Notes under the pieces: model-generated
What the model was told of the DNA's origin: nothing
Database searches by the model: none
What the model saw: the letters and a program-made list of their open reading frames with translations, nothing else
Made by a program: the position numbers and the translations under genes
In this document: piece by piece, positions 1-28,609 of the stretch
Position numbering within the stretch: position 1 is the stretch's first letter
Layout: every line of letters starts with the position of its first letter
Assembly (NCBI GenBank): GCA_033442325.1
Contig: JAWQFM010000002.1
Coordinates: 979,152 to 1,043,151, forward strand
Direction: 5' to 3'
Source of the DNA: Salpingoeca rosetta
Lineage: Eukaryota; Protista; Choanoflagellata
DNA: 64,000 bases

Positions 1-97
1 CACACACACATTCACACACACATACACAGCGACACACACAGCGACACACACAGCGACACACACAGCGACACACACAGACACACACACAGACACACAC

Positions 98-189
98 CTG
101 TCCAGCAGCGCGTAGGCTTCCAGCCGGTCTTGCTGGATGCGGAAGATGGGGAACGACGATGATGTGTCGTCTTGATCATCATCAGCCAT
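98..189 (-). CDS. First coding exon of an unidentified gene running off the left edge of the window
   Basis: ATG at 189 in the acgATGG context shared with several other genes here. Reads MADDDQDDTSSSFPIFRIQQDRLEAYALLD, then a CAG|gtgtgt donor followed by a GT-repeat intron. Too short to assign a family. Confidence 0.55.
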
Positions 190-429
190 CGTGGCAGTGA
201 GAGCGTTTGCACACGTTTTCTTCTGACGACTGACTTCAGTTGTTGCACAATTGAATGCCACAACAAAGGCAAAGCAAAGGCAAAACAAGCAACACAGACA
301 CACACAGACACAGACACAGACACACAGACACAGACACACAGACACACACACACCCAGACACACAGACACAGACACACACAGACACACAGACACAGACACA
401 CACACACACACACAGACACGCACGGACAC

Positions 430-1452
430 ATGGTGCTGATGGTGGTGGCGAGGCTGGCGGCTGGCCTCATCTCTGCCAGCGCTGGGTTGTTGTTGGACCG
501 GGTTCGGTACGGCACACTGTTGGCAGGGACCTGTTGTTTCGCACTGGATCTCGGCGTGTTTGGACTGGCGCACTGGCCAAGCCTGCTCGCTGCGACGTCG
601 CTGGCAATCTTCTTCTCCCGCTTTCGCGTCATTGGCTTGACCGGCGGCGTTGGCTGCGGCAAGGTGTGGCACATGCGCCCGTGCACAGACACGTGCCACT
701 TTGCTCAATGTCACCCAACACACAGCTCATGTTGTCTGTGTTGATACACACACATGTACGTCTGCACACACATCTTCACACACACACACACATCTTCACA
801 CACACGCACACACACACACACACACAAACTCATCTTCACACCCCCTCCCCTGTTTCCATTGCAAACGTGGCAGTCGACAGTGTGCAAGATGCTGACGGAA
901 AAGGGTGCCGTGGTGATTGACGCGGATGCCATTAGCCACAACGTGCTGCTGCGTGGAAGATGGGGCTACCGACGGTTCGTCGCGGCCTTCGCCAAAGAGA
1001 TTGCAGAGCGACCAGAGTTATTGGACACAGAGTCTGGGCAAGTGAACCGGAGTGTGCTGCGGCAAATTGCATTTGAGGACCGCAGTGTATCGCGGAAGCT
1101 CAACAAGGCGCTGCACCTGCCAATCGGGTTTGAGCTGCTGCAGCAGTTGCTGTCGGCCCGCTTCCTTCACTGGCGGCCCTTTGTGGTGCTCGATGCGCCG
1201 CTGCTGCTGGAGACCGGCCTGAACCACATCTGCAAGTGGGTAATCACCGTGTCGTGTACGGAGGAGCAGCAAGTGCAGCGTGTCATGGGCAGAGACCTGA
1301 CGACCGCGGAGGACGCACGGCGCATCATCGCTACGCAGATGCCGCTGGAGAAGAAGGTCAAGCTGTCCGACCACATCATCGCAAACGACGGCACGCTGGC
1401 GCAGCTCCGGCAGCGCGTGGACGCATGCGTTCGCGCAGCACCCACGTTCTAG
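430..1452 (+). CDS. DCAKD: Dephospho-CoA kinase (DCAKD/CoaE family) with a hydrophobic N-terminal extension; 2 exons (430-663, 874-1452)
   Basis: Spliced P-loop IGLTGGVGCGK|STV. Also VIDADAISH, VNRSVLRQIAF, VVLDAPLLLE, QVQRVMGRD, RIIATQMPLEKK and IIANDG, all CoaE motifs. GT-AG intron 664-873. Confidence 0.9.
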
Positions 1453-2015
1453 CCACCAGCAGCGGCAGATGCTCGTGCAATCAGATGTAGATTTTTTTTA
1501 ACTTCTCAAAGGAGAGATGGAGGTGGAGGACGCGGCGTGGCGTTTCGGTGTGGCGCTGCGTGGACCTGCATGCGCTCTAATGTGCCGTATGTGCCATGGC
1601 AATGTGCTGTGCTGTGCTGTGCTGTGCTGGTTGTGGCCAGCACTTGTTTCAACACAATTGCGTGTGCAAGTCAGTACACAATTTGTATGCTCAAACCGCC
1701 CGCCCGCCGCCACTGGCGCAGGCCTCGCTACTATCACACGCACACAGTCACACAAAAAGGCAAGGCGAACATGGCAAAGAGGGGATTGACAACAAGCGCA
1801 GCTGCACGACAAACTAACAAGAGAAAAATGAACAGCGGCAAGCCATAGGCGCAATGAGCAGCAGCAGCAGCAGCGATGAAGAGTGCAAGCAGCAAACAAG
1901 CAAGTGAGTAGGACAAACAGACAGACGCCTGATCGCAAGATGAACGTGATAATGCTGCTCGTGCTGCTGATGATGCTGCTGATGATGATGGTGACTGAAA
2001 CATGAACGTGTGCAA

Positions 2016-2436
2016 TTACTCGTATGTCTTCTTGATCTTGTTTCCGTCCAAGGAGAACCTGAACCCACAACATGCAAACAAGACAAGAGATTAGGAGGGG
2101 GATTAGTGGAACATGTGCACAGAGAGGGAGAGAGAGGCGGGATAACACAGTGTGTGCATGTGTTGTGTGTGCGTGTGTTGTGTGTGCGTGTGTGTGCGTG
2201 CATGTGTTGCGTGCATGTGTTGTGTGTGCGTGTGTGTAAGTGTAGGTGTATCGGCGTGTGTTGCGTGAGAACTCCTCCGACTTGTAAAACTCTGTGAGGT
2301 CATGAATGTCCAGATGCCGCGCCTGGTCGAACAGCAAGCAAATTATGTACGAGTGAGCGCGCTTCCTGTCGACAGTACACAGCAAAATAGCACCAGCACC
2401 AGCACCAGCATCTCCACCGCTGCAGTTGCTGCTGCA

Positions 2437-2475
<39 letters not shown>

Positions 2476-4359
2476 ATCCCAATCCCACCGTTCCAACACA
2501 CACACACACACACACACACAGACACATACGCGGACACACATACACATACACACACACACACACAGACATGCATACGCACACGCACACACGTCACAATCCA
2601 AACGCAGCAGCTGCAGCTGCACATGCGGCAACGCACCCTTGCTTGGAACTCGTCCTGGTCAATCTCAATGACTTCGGGAATGTCCTGGTTGTAGCGCGTC
2701 TGGTGGAACGACAGTGTCTCCTGGTGAAGATTCAACAGCAGGAACATCAGCAGCTCGTTGTTGTCCTTCTTGTACGTGATGTACTTCTGGAACTTTCGCC
2801 GCATGTTCTTCATCACGCTGAACTTCTGCGACTCAATGAAGCTGGTGAGGGTGACGCGGATCGCCATGTCGACGTCGTCCTGGCGCACGTAGTCCCGCAG
2901 ATGCATGCGCGCGTGTGCCTCTGCAATGCGAATCATCGACTCAATGTGGCGCACGGTGATGGGCACGCTGCCCGTGAGTTGGGACTCCCGTCGCAGCTCG
3001 CCATACAGCTTGGCAATCTTGTCCTGATCCATTTGCTGCAGCTTCGGGTGCACGGTGCGCTTGGCATATTGGATGTACTTGCGAAGCATCTCCTGCGACA
3101 GGCTCCCGCCGTCGCTCGTCCCGTTCAGCCCATCCGCAGACTCGTCCATCGCCTGTCAATAGTGAAAGGGGGGAGGGGGGGGGCGGTTGAGGTGAGTTGG
3201 TTGGTTGGGGGTTGGGTTGAGGGTTGGGATGACGGTAGTGAACACTGCAGGATTTGCAAAGTCTTCAGCGCGTCACACGAGCCCGCTTGTATCACTGACA
3301 CACACACATATGCACTGCACAAATACAAGTACACACACACAGACAAACACAAACAAACAAACAAACATACATACAGGCAGGCAGGCACACACACACACAT
3401 ACAAAACCACCCGCCAATCACGCAAACAGACGACGCACGTTGCTTGCTGGGTGGCTCTTGATGTGGCTGTTAACAACAAAGGAGGCCAGGCGCTCGTCCT
3501 TGACGGCGTCCACCACATCCTTCACCACGCACAAAATGTCAAAACGCGAGAGAATGGGTTCAGTCAGGTCCACGTTCTGGGCAAACGTCTTGCCCGGCTG
3601 GTAGCGGCCCTTGATGGGGTTGGCGGCGGCCATGACAGAGCACCGCGCCTGCAGCGTCGTCACAATGCCGGCCTTGGACACGGAGATGCTCTGCTGCTCC
3701 ATGGCCTCGTGGATACTCGTGCGGTCCTGGTCAGACATCTTGTCAAACTCGTCAATGAGGCACACGCCCTGGTCCGCCAACACGAGCGCGCCGCCCTGCA
3801 GCGTCCACTCCCGCGTGACGGGATCGCGGCTCACAGACGCCGTGAGACCAACAGCAGATGCACCTTGTCCTGTCGTAAACACCGCGCGGTGCGCCGTCTT
3901 CTCCACATACTTGAGAAACTGCGACTTGGCCGTGCCAGGGTCGCCAAGCAGCAGCACGTTGATGTCCCCGCGCACGCGGTGCTTGCCGCCCGGGTTCTTT
4001 GGCTCGCCGCCAAACATGGCGAGGGCAATGGCGGTCTTGATGTCGTCGTGGCCGTAGATGGAGGGGGCGATGCTGCGGATGACCTTGGCGCCAATGTTCT
4101 CGTCCTCCGCAAGCTGCCGGATGCGCTTGATGTCGTCGTCGCTCAGCTCGTCCTGCAGTGGCACAGCGGTCACGGTGGTGTGTGTGTATGTGTGTGTGTG
4201 TGTGCGCGCGCGCGTGTGTGTGTGTGTGGAATGTGTGTGTATTCGGAGTGTGGCGTGTTGCAGTGAGTTGAGAGGGATGTGAGAACAGCAAGACAAGAGT
4301 TCGCAGGGTCCTTGCAATAGGGGAGGAACAAAGGATCGCAGCTGACACAAGCGAACAGG

Positions 4360-4396
<37 letters not shown>

Positions 4397-7144
4397 ACAC
4401 CAACAAACAAAAGAATCAGCATGAGTGCGTACCGTGGAGAGCTTGTCGGCCTTCTTCTCAATGTAGTTTGCTTCGATGACGGTTGAGAACACAGGAAAGC
4501 CGTGCTTGGAGTTGAGGGACTTGTCAAAGTTGTTGCGGTAGATGCCCGTCACCTCAACTTCGTCGCCAGGCTGACGACAGTGTCGTCGTACCAGGGCAAG
4601 AGCACGGGGAGAAACAGGTGGCAGTGGTGGGAACATGGTGAGACGAGGGAAAAACAGAAGGGGAGCAGCACCACAGGTAGGCAGGTGAGCAAACACAGAC
4701 ATACAGACACAGACACACACAGGCACACACACACACACAGCCAGACAGACAGACAGACACATACAACCGTGGTGAGACAAGTAGGAAGCAGGTGTAGGAA
4801 GCAGGTGTAGGAAGCAGGTGTAGGAAGCAGGTGAGACAACAGCAGTACCTTGACAAAGTCGACGTAATCCCAGAGGAGGATGACGTCCTTCTGGCGCGGG
4901 AGGCGGCCCGGCGGAACGGACCCGGGCGACTCCTGGATTGTGATGCGCTGGTAGTTGCGGTACACCGTCTCCTCCGTGTTCACCCTGTCCGTGCGACAAG
5001 ATGCAACGCAATGGTCGAGGATTTTTGAGTGAGTGAGTGAGTGAGTGAGTGAGTGAGTGAGTGAGTGAGTGAGTGAGTGTGTGAGTGAGTGAGTGAGTGA
5101 GTGAGTGAGTGAGTGAGTGAGTGAGTGGGTGAGCAAACGATACCACACATTCATGCATCCCCACACAAACGCAAGGCAGGGACAACACATCAGAACATGG
5201 ACTGACGAGAACGGGCCGCGGGATTGGCAAGTTGGGCAGTTGGCGACGGAGGTTTCGGTGATTGTGTCCTGTGCAACGGGGCCAATCGGAGACTTGCACT
5301 TTTCGCAAGTGTACTTCACAAGCTACACACATGCACATACAAGTGGCAAGCGCAGGGCAACAAACAATGCATGTGAGGGTGGAGGGTGGGGGGTGGGGCG
5401 TTAATGAGCAATTTCAACTCCCCTGTCCAGGATGACAAACCACACACTTTTCTCACAAACACGACAGCCGGACAGACACAGACAGACACAGATCGGCAGA
5501 CAGCCATTGCGGCGTGCAGTGGGTGGAGGAACGGCACCTTGAGCTGTGGGAAGACGCCTGTGCGGCGGGTGACGACACCCTGCAGCTTGACCAGTGCATT
5601 GAGATGTGTTTGGCGAATGTCGCGGATGGCATCAAGCACAGGCAGCGCTCCAATGCGCACGTGGATGTCACTCTTGATGCGGTCGTAGTCTGCAGTCGAG
5701 ACGGTGGCAGTGGTGGTGAGGGTGAGTGTGTGAGTGTGCCCCAGGCTGTTGGGTGAGTGGGTCGAGATCCGATAGTGTGTGTGCACTGGAGCACGGGCGG
5801 CCAAACGCATACCCACAGCACGAACACATCAACAAACAAACAAAACAAACACACACACACATACACACACATACACACACGCAGGCAGACAGCGTTGTAC
5901 GGACTTTGGAAATTGTTCGAGGAGACGTCATGGCAGCGCGTCGAGATTCTCGATGTTTTCCGTCGTGCATCCGCAACGAAGATTGCAATCGCAGGCAGAT
6001 GGTTGCACAAGGTCAATGTAGCTGCAAGCCGTATGCGTGAAGGGGATGGCTGTGAGGCGGCGAGATGATGGACATGGACGCACGTGTATGTATTGGTTTG
6101 TGTGTGCGAGCGTGTGTGTATATGTGCGAGCGAGCGCAAGCATGTGGGCTTGCAAATGCGAGAAAGCTTGCACAGCTACGTGCGTGCGTGTCTGCGTGCT
6201 CACCTGACAATGAGTGATTCGCCGTTTGCTTCGCACATGTCGCGAATGCGCTTGCCGTAGATTGACTTGCCCTGCGGTGGACAGCAGACGCGAACATAGA
6301 TGGCGCGGCATGTGAGCATTGGTGGGGCAGGGGTGAGGGCAGGAGCGTGACAGCACAGACAGCTCGTCATGGTGACCTGTAGCCCCAGGTGAGTCACGTG
6401 CACACACGTACACACGTGCACACACGTGCACACACGTGCACACACGTGCACACACGTGCACACACGTATACACACGTACACACACGTATACACACACATG
6501 TGCACTACGTACGTGGTCGTCTGTGGCTGTGCGGAGGAAGTTCTTGAAGCGGTTGTAGATTTCACGCTGTGTCGGGCGCATTGTGATCCACTCCCGCAGC
6601 GTGTGGCCTGCAAACGTGACGGAACATGCACACATGCTGTGAGCAACAGCAAACGGTGCAGAAGACTCAGCTCTGCCCCAGCAAACGCACACATGTGCAC
6701 TTATCCACACACACACACACACACACACACATATGCACCTTTGCGATCCTCGAGGTTCTCGATGATGGTCTCGTCCTCAGCCTGGGGCAAAGCAGACAGG
6801 GAAGCAAGGAGGTGCGGTGAGCACACAACGCTACGGCCAGCAAATGGGGGGAGAAGAAACTCAGAGCGAGGAGAGGCAAGACAGTGAAGCGAAGCCTCAG
6901 CAGGCGTGCGCGTACATAGTCCTGGTCCTCCTGGAACTCCGTGTCCTCTTCGCCCTCGGCTGTACGTGCGGATCGCTCAGCAATACGGCGGCGGCGACGC
7001 GGCAGCTCGCCAGTGTCTTCCTCCTCATCATCTACAGAGACAAAAAGTGATGCGACGGGGTTGGAAGCGGGGACAAAAGGTGTCAGTTACAGGACAGGGT
7101 TGGAGATTATGAGTGGCGGGTGCACAAATGTGTGTATGGTGTGC

Positions 7145-7183
<39 letters not shown>

Positions 7184-8451
7184 TGTGTGTGTGTGTGTGT
7201 GAGCGTGTGCGTGCGTGCATTGCATGCGATTTGCTTCTGTGGTGATGGGGGTTGTGTGTGTGTGTCGATGTGATGTGTTACCACGCACCACCAAAGCCAA
7301 GGCCTGCGGGAAGGCGTGTTTTGCCGCGAACGCGCATGGCCTCATCTGCGTCGCGCTTGGCAAGCTGGCGCTCCACCCGCGCACGGGCGTTCTGTCAAGC
7401 ATAACACACGCAAGCATTTGACAGGAACGGAATAGCGGGTTGAGAAGACAAGGACGTACAACAAGCACATGATTCAAGCACTCTGCTGAGTGTGAGTGTG
7501 AGTGTGAGTGTGAGTGTGAGTGTGAGTGTGAGTGTGAGTGTGAGTGTGAGTGTGAGTGTGAGTGTGAGTGTGAGTGTGAGTGTGAGTGTGAGTGTGAGTG
7601 TGAGTGTGAGTGTGAGTGTGAGTGTGAGTGTGAGTGTGAGTGTGAGTGTGAGTGTGAGTGTGAGTGTGAGTGTGAGTGTGAGTGTGAGTGTGAGTGTGAG
7701 TGTGAGTGTGAGTGTGAGTGTGAGTGTGAGTGTGAGTGTGAGTGTGAGTGTGAGTGTGAGTGTGAGTGTGAGTGTGAGTGTGAGTGTGAGTGTGAGTGTG
7801 AGTGAGCTCTCACCAGTGACAGCTCGCGCTGCTCTGACTCGTCGAGCATGTTCGGGTCGTAGGTATCCAACTGGGGAATCACACGGTAATCGCTGTCCAG
7901 CGAACGAATGGTACAGATCACACGGCACAGGTGAAATTGTGTGAGGCACGTGAGAGGGAGGCATGCAGTTAGTAAGGGCAACGGTCGGCCACTGCGCAGC
8001 TTGAGCAGCAACTGCACCGCCACCAACGGCAACACCATCACCAGCAACACCGTGACCAGCACTAGGCAAACCCATAGGCCTACCGAGCCATGTCATCTCC
8101 AAACAGCTCCTCTCCCTCTTCCTCTTCCTCGACGTCCTCGCCAGCTTGCTGCTGCTGCAGATCCTCTGTCTCATCATCGTAGCGGTATCCTGAGTGTGTG
8201 ATGTGTTTGTGGAAGAGAGCAAGTGAGACAAGAGAGCAGCAGACGTCAAAAACGGGGAGGTGCGCGTGCGTGTGCGTGTGCTCATGTGTGTTTGCAGAGA
8301 TGCACACGCACGCACACAGACAGGCAGACAGACAGACCCACACGCACCCCCCCCCTACACGCATGCACACACGCACGCACACACCTTCACTGAATGGAGG
8401 AGAGGATGGACGCTCCCCAGGGGAGCTGGGTGGGTTGGACGAATCAGCCAT
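2016..8451 (-). CDS. MCM2: DNA replication licensing factor MCM2, multi-exon
   Basis: Acidic N-terminus [26 protein letters not shown]. Zn finger [23 protein letters not shown], Walker [10 protein letters not shown], Walker B IDEFDKM, arginine finger [16 protein letters not shown]. Last exon [13 protein letters not shown] with stop at 2016-2018. Confidence 0.97.
7488..7803. repeat. Perfect (GAGTGT)n hexanucleotide microsatellite, about 315 bp, in an MCM2 intron
   Basis: Directly visible tandem repeat. It is the source of the spurious SV, HS and LT ORFs. Confidence 0.95.
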
Positions 8452-8670
8452 CGTTCTTGTATGTGTGTATGTGTGTGTATGTATGTGTGTGTTTGGGCAG
8501 CCGTTTGCTCCTTTGTGTTGTCTCTCGTCTTCTCGTCCTTCTTCTGCTCGTCCTTCTTCTGCTTCTGCAATGAGACTTGCCGCACAACAAAGGATCTGCT
8601 CGCTTTGTGTGGTGTGGTGTGGTGTGTGTCACTGACTTGCACTGCTGCAGGCAGCTGTTTTGTGTTCGAG

Positions 8671-8681
8671 TTCCCGCCAAA
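8671..8681. promoter_or_regulatory. E2F-type site TTCCCGCCAAA (reverse complement TTTGGCGGGAA) in the MCM2 / myosin V divergent promoter
   Basis: Matches the E2F consensus typical of MCM promoters. Lies 220 bp upstream of the MCM2 ATG. Confidence 0.55.
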
Positions 8682-8834
8682 TTTTGTGCGCACGTTGAAC
8701 CCACCGTGGTCGCCGTGGTGGATAGCATAGTTCTTGCTACGTCTCGTGCTAACATAAGGTTTTCCCCAATTGCACAATCTAGTTGCTGTGGGAGAAAACC
8801 GACGAGCACACACAAACAACACAACAGAGCGACG

Positions 8835-19800
<10,966 letters not shown>

Positions 19801-20214
19801 CTCGACCACGTTTTCCCGTAGCTTGGCTGTGTTGTGTTGTGCTGTTGTGTTGTGTTGTGTGTGTGTGTGTGTGTGTGCATGTGTGGTGGGAGAGACAGGC
19901 ACTTTGCAAACACTTAGGATCATCGTTTCTCTTGGTTCCTTTTGTTTCTTTCTGTGTTTTTGGTTTTGTCTCATTCGCGGCTGTTGTTTTGGTCCTGCTT
20001 CGCTGTGCCGTCTCGCAGCGCCACCGTTCTCGCGAGTACAGCCGGGCATGTATTGGCCGCACTCACAACCACTCAAAAGAGAGGGCTTGAAGCAGCACGT
20101 AACGCGCAATCAAAGCACATTGCAATGAAGTGGGGGGCGGGGAAAGGCAAACGATGCACGGATCATGTGTGTGTGTGTATGTGTGTGTGTGTATGTGTGT
20201 GTGTGTGTGTGTGC

Positions 20215-20277
<63 letters not shown>

Positions 20278-20285
20278 GTCTTCGT

Positions 20286-21558
20286 CTAGTTTGCGCCGGC
20301 ACCGCTCGGGAGGGAGGAGTCGCGATTGGGTGGGGCCTCCATGGAATTGACAATGAGGTAGTCTGTGAGAGATGGGAAGAAGGCGCGCAGATAGGGGATG
20401 GGCGTCACTTCCAGACGCGGGAAATAGACCTCTCGCTGCTTCCTCAGCGCCCCCTGCATGAGTGAATTAATGGATGGCGCAGTGAGCGAGCGAGCGAGTG
20501 CGTGGGGTAAGGTGAGGCGGAGAAGCTGTTTAGAGGGACGCATGCTGTAGCGTTTTCTCGGTGATAGCGTAGATACATTACACATACACACATACATACA
20601 TACATACATACATACATACATACATACATACATACATACATACATACACATACATGCATGCATTCATACATGCATACACACACACAAACATACATACATG
20701 CATACATACATACATACATACATACATACATACATACATACATACATACATACATACATACATACATCCATAGACACAACGACATGCGTTAAGTCACACA
20801 TGGATACACCCTGACCGTGACAATGGCAAGCGCGGTGTCGTCTGGAGAGGCGCGTGTTGGGTGGCGCACTTTTCCTGCGGTGACGCGCTTTGCCGACTCT
20901 GTGTCAATGTTCCCAATGACGCAGGTGGTGATGCTCATCTTGGAGGACGGGTGGGTCATGTACACCTCCAGGCGCAGCGAATCAAAGAAGCCGTGCAGGG
21001 CGTGCTTGGATGCAGAGTAGACGGCCGCATACGGTACGCCAATCTTCCCTGCCGCTGACGACACGGCAACCAGGGTGGCGTCGCGGGCGATGAGCTCCTG
21101 AAGCAGCAACTTGGTGATGGTGATGTAGGAGTACAGGTCGACGTCCACAACCTCGCGCAGCGTCTTCAAATCCGTGTCCTCGAACAACTGGAAGTACGGC
21201 TTGATGTGGTTGAGCTGTAGCAGCATTGCGGAATGGATGAAGAGTGGCACCGGCATTGCAAGACACAACACGTGGGGGGTGAGGGAGGGAGGGAGGGATG
21301 GAGGGAGCAGGAGTGGGGTGGACGGTTGGCTGTGCATGCGAATTGCTCAAGCTGTGGGCTGCACGAACTGCGCACGTACAAATGAGTGTATCCACACATG
21401 CACGTGCGCACGCACAAATGAGTGTATCCACACATGCACGTGCGCACGCATGCACACACACACGCGCGCGCACGCACAATAAGGAACATACACACATACA
21501 CATACACACACGAAAACACGCGCGCGCACACACACGCACATACACACACACATACACG

Positions 21559-21598
<40 letters not shown>

Positions 21599-22351
21599 TA
21601 CACACACGCACACACGCACACACGCACATCTACAACGCACCACGACAATGTCAAAGGGCCCGACGAGCTGTTTGCTCTTGGCAATGAGCTGCGTCACTTG
21701 GTCGAGGNNNNNNNNNNNNNNNNNNNNNNNNNNNNNNNNNNNNNNNNNNNNNNNNNNNNNNNNNNNNNNNNNNNNNNNNNNNNNNNNNNNNNNNNNNNNN
21801 NNNNNNNTTTCTTGTTTCCTCTTATTCATGTGACCTATGACGACGGTGGTTATCTGGTTATATAATGGCTTTTCCGCATGCTTTGACTGCTGATGGTGTG
21901 TGTTCTGATTGTTTTTTTGCTATTTTTTGCATCTGATCTGCGTCGACTGTGTGAGTTCCCTTCATATTCATTACATGTTACTTGATCTGCTCAGTTATCT
22001 AGTATTGGCGTATTTCGCTTCGATTTGCTATTCTTAGTTCTGTACGGTTACCTACATATGCGCCTTTCCCTCATCATCTGCCCTATTCTTCTTTGCCCAA
22101 CCTCAGCATCGTCACTCGATGTCTTTAGTCTATGTTGCTTACTAGCAGTATAGGTGTGTCAATCCGTTTCTTTTTTGCTTCTTCTTATTTAGTGCGTTAT
22201 TAACATTTGTGGTAGTTTAGGTTTGGTTTTTGTGCGACGTAGAGTGCTGATAAGAGGTAGAGTTCGGGAGAGAGGTAGAGGCAGACACACATACTCATAG
22301 AGACATATCCACAGCCACACACACACACACAGAGCAAACACACACACACAG

Positions 22352-22420
<69 letters not shown>

Positions 22421-22571
22421 CAAACACACCAATGCCGACGCTGCCACCGCAGACAAGAACGCTCTTGCCACGAAGCGAAGCGAGGGATTGCTGGCGAGAG
22501 GGCTGCATCTGCAGCACAGCCACCGCGGCAACAGCCACCAACACCCCCACCACAACCCGAAAGGACACCAT
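20286..22571 (-). CDS. Membrane-anchored short-chain dehydrogenase/reductase of the 11-beta-hydroxysteroid dehydrogenase 1-like family; interrupted by an assembly gap
   Basis: N-terminal signal anchor MVSFRVVVGVLVAVAAVAVL. Cofactor motif LRGKSVLVCGGSVGIG, LNHI, SSAAGK, catalytic YSASKHALHGFFDSLRLE, SITTCVIGNIDTESA, GALRKQREVYFP. Confidence 0.85.
21708..21807. other. Assembly gap (100 N) inside the SDR gene
   Basis: Run of N. Confidence 1.
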
Positions 22572-22646
22572 CGTCACCGCTGTTGTTGTTTGCAGTGAAC
22601 GGCTGTGACATGTGATTAATTGACCATCGAATCCAAAACAACGACG

Positions 22647-27874
<5,228 letters not shown>

Positions 27875-27881
27875 GAGCACT

Positions 27882-27938
<57 letters not shown>

Positions 27939-28609
27939 CATGTGTGCATGTGTGTGTGTGTGTGCATGTGTGTGTGTGTTTGCGCGTTTGTATGTGAAAT
28001 TGCACATGCATGTACGGGTGTGGTTCATTCTCACAAGTCTGCGTGTGCATATGCCTTTCACCTCTGCCCCCCCCCACCACCCCTCAACTGAACCCCCCTC
28101 TTCGCCTTTGCCTCTGCTTGCTGTTTGTTTGGTCCCCTTTCTTTGTTGTTTCGTGACTGTGTACTAAGCGCGTCGACGCGAACGCAGCGTTGCTGTCGTT
28201 GTTGTTGAGTGTACAGAAAAATAAAGGGCGACAATGAAAATCAATTTCAACAGAAGCAAGCAACAAGGGTCTTATGGTTGTGAGTGTGGGGGAAAGTGTA
28301 CAAAACAGGCATGGTATGCTTTCTATGCGCGACTGGCGATGCGCAGGCAACTAAACGGAAAAAGAGGGGAAGAGGAGGCAGGGGGGGGAAGGAAAGTAAA
28401 ACTGAAATCATGGGATTCACGGAATCTGCGAAATGAAAGAAAGGAAAGAAAGCGATAGGCCGAGGAACCAAGGAAGGAAGAAAGGAAGGAAGGAGTAGGA
28501 AGGAGTAGGAAGGAAAGGAACCAACCAACTCATGCCAACCAACTCATGTCAACCAGCTTACGTCAACCAACTCATTGTCTTCCTCACATGCAGCGACGCG
28601 AAGATGCCA

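Noticed and set aside
7488-7803. (GAGTGT)n as an interstitial telomere
   Set aside because: It is not TTAGGG-like and is a variant of the common GT microsatellite class inside an intron.
21808-22290. Compositionally odd T-rich segment suggesting foreign DNA
   Set aside because: It abuts an N gap, has no ORF or terminal repeats, and looks like a low-quality read end.
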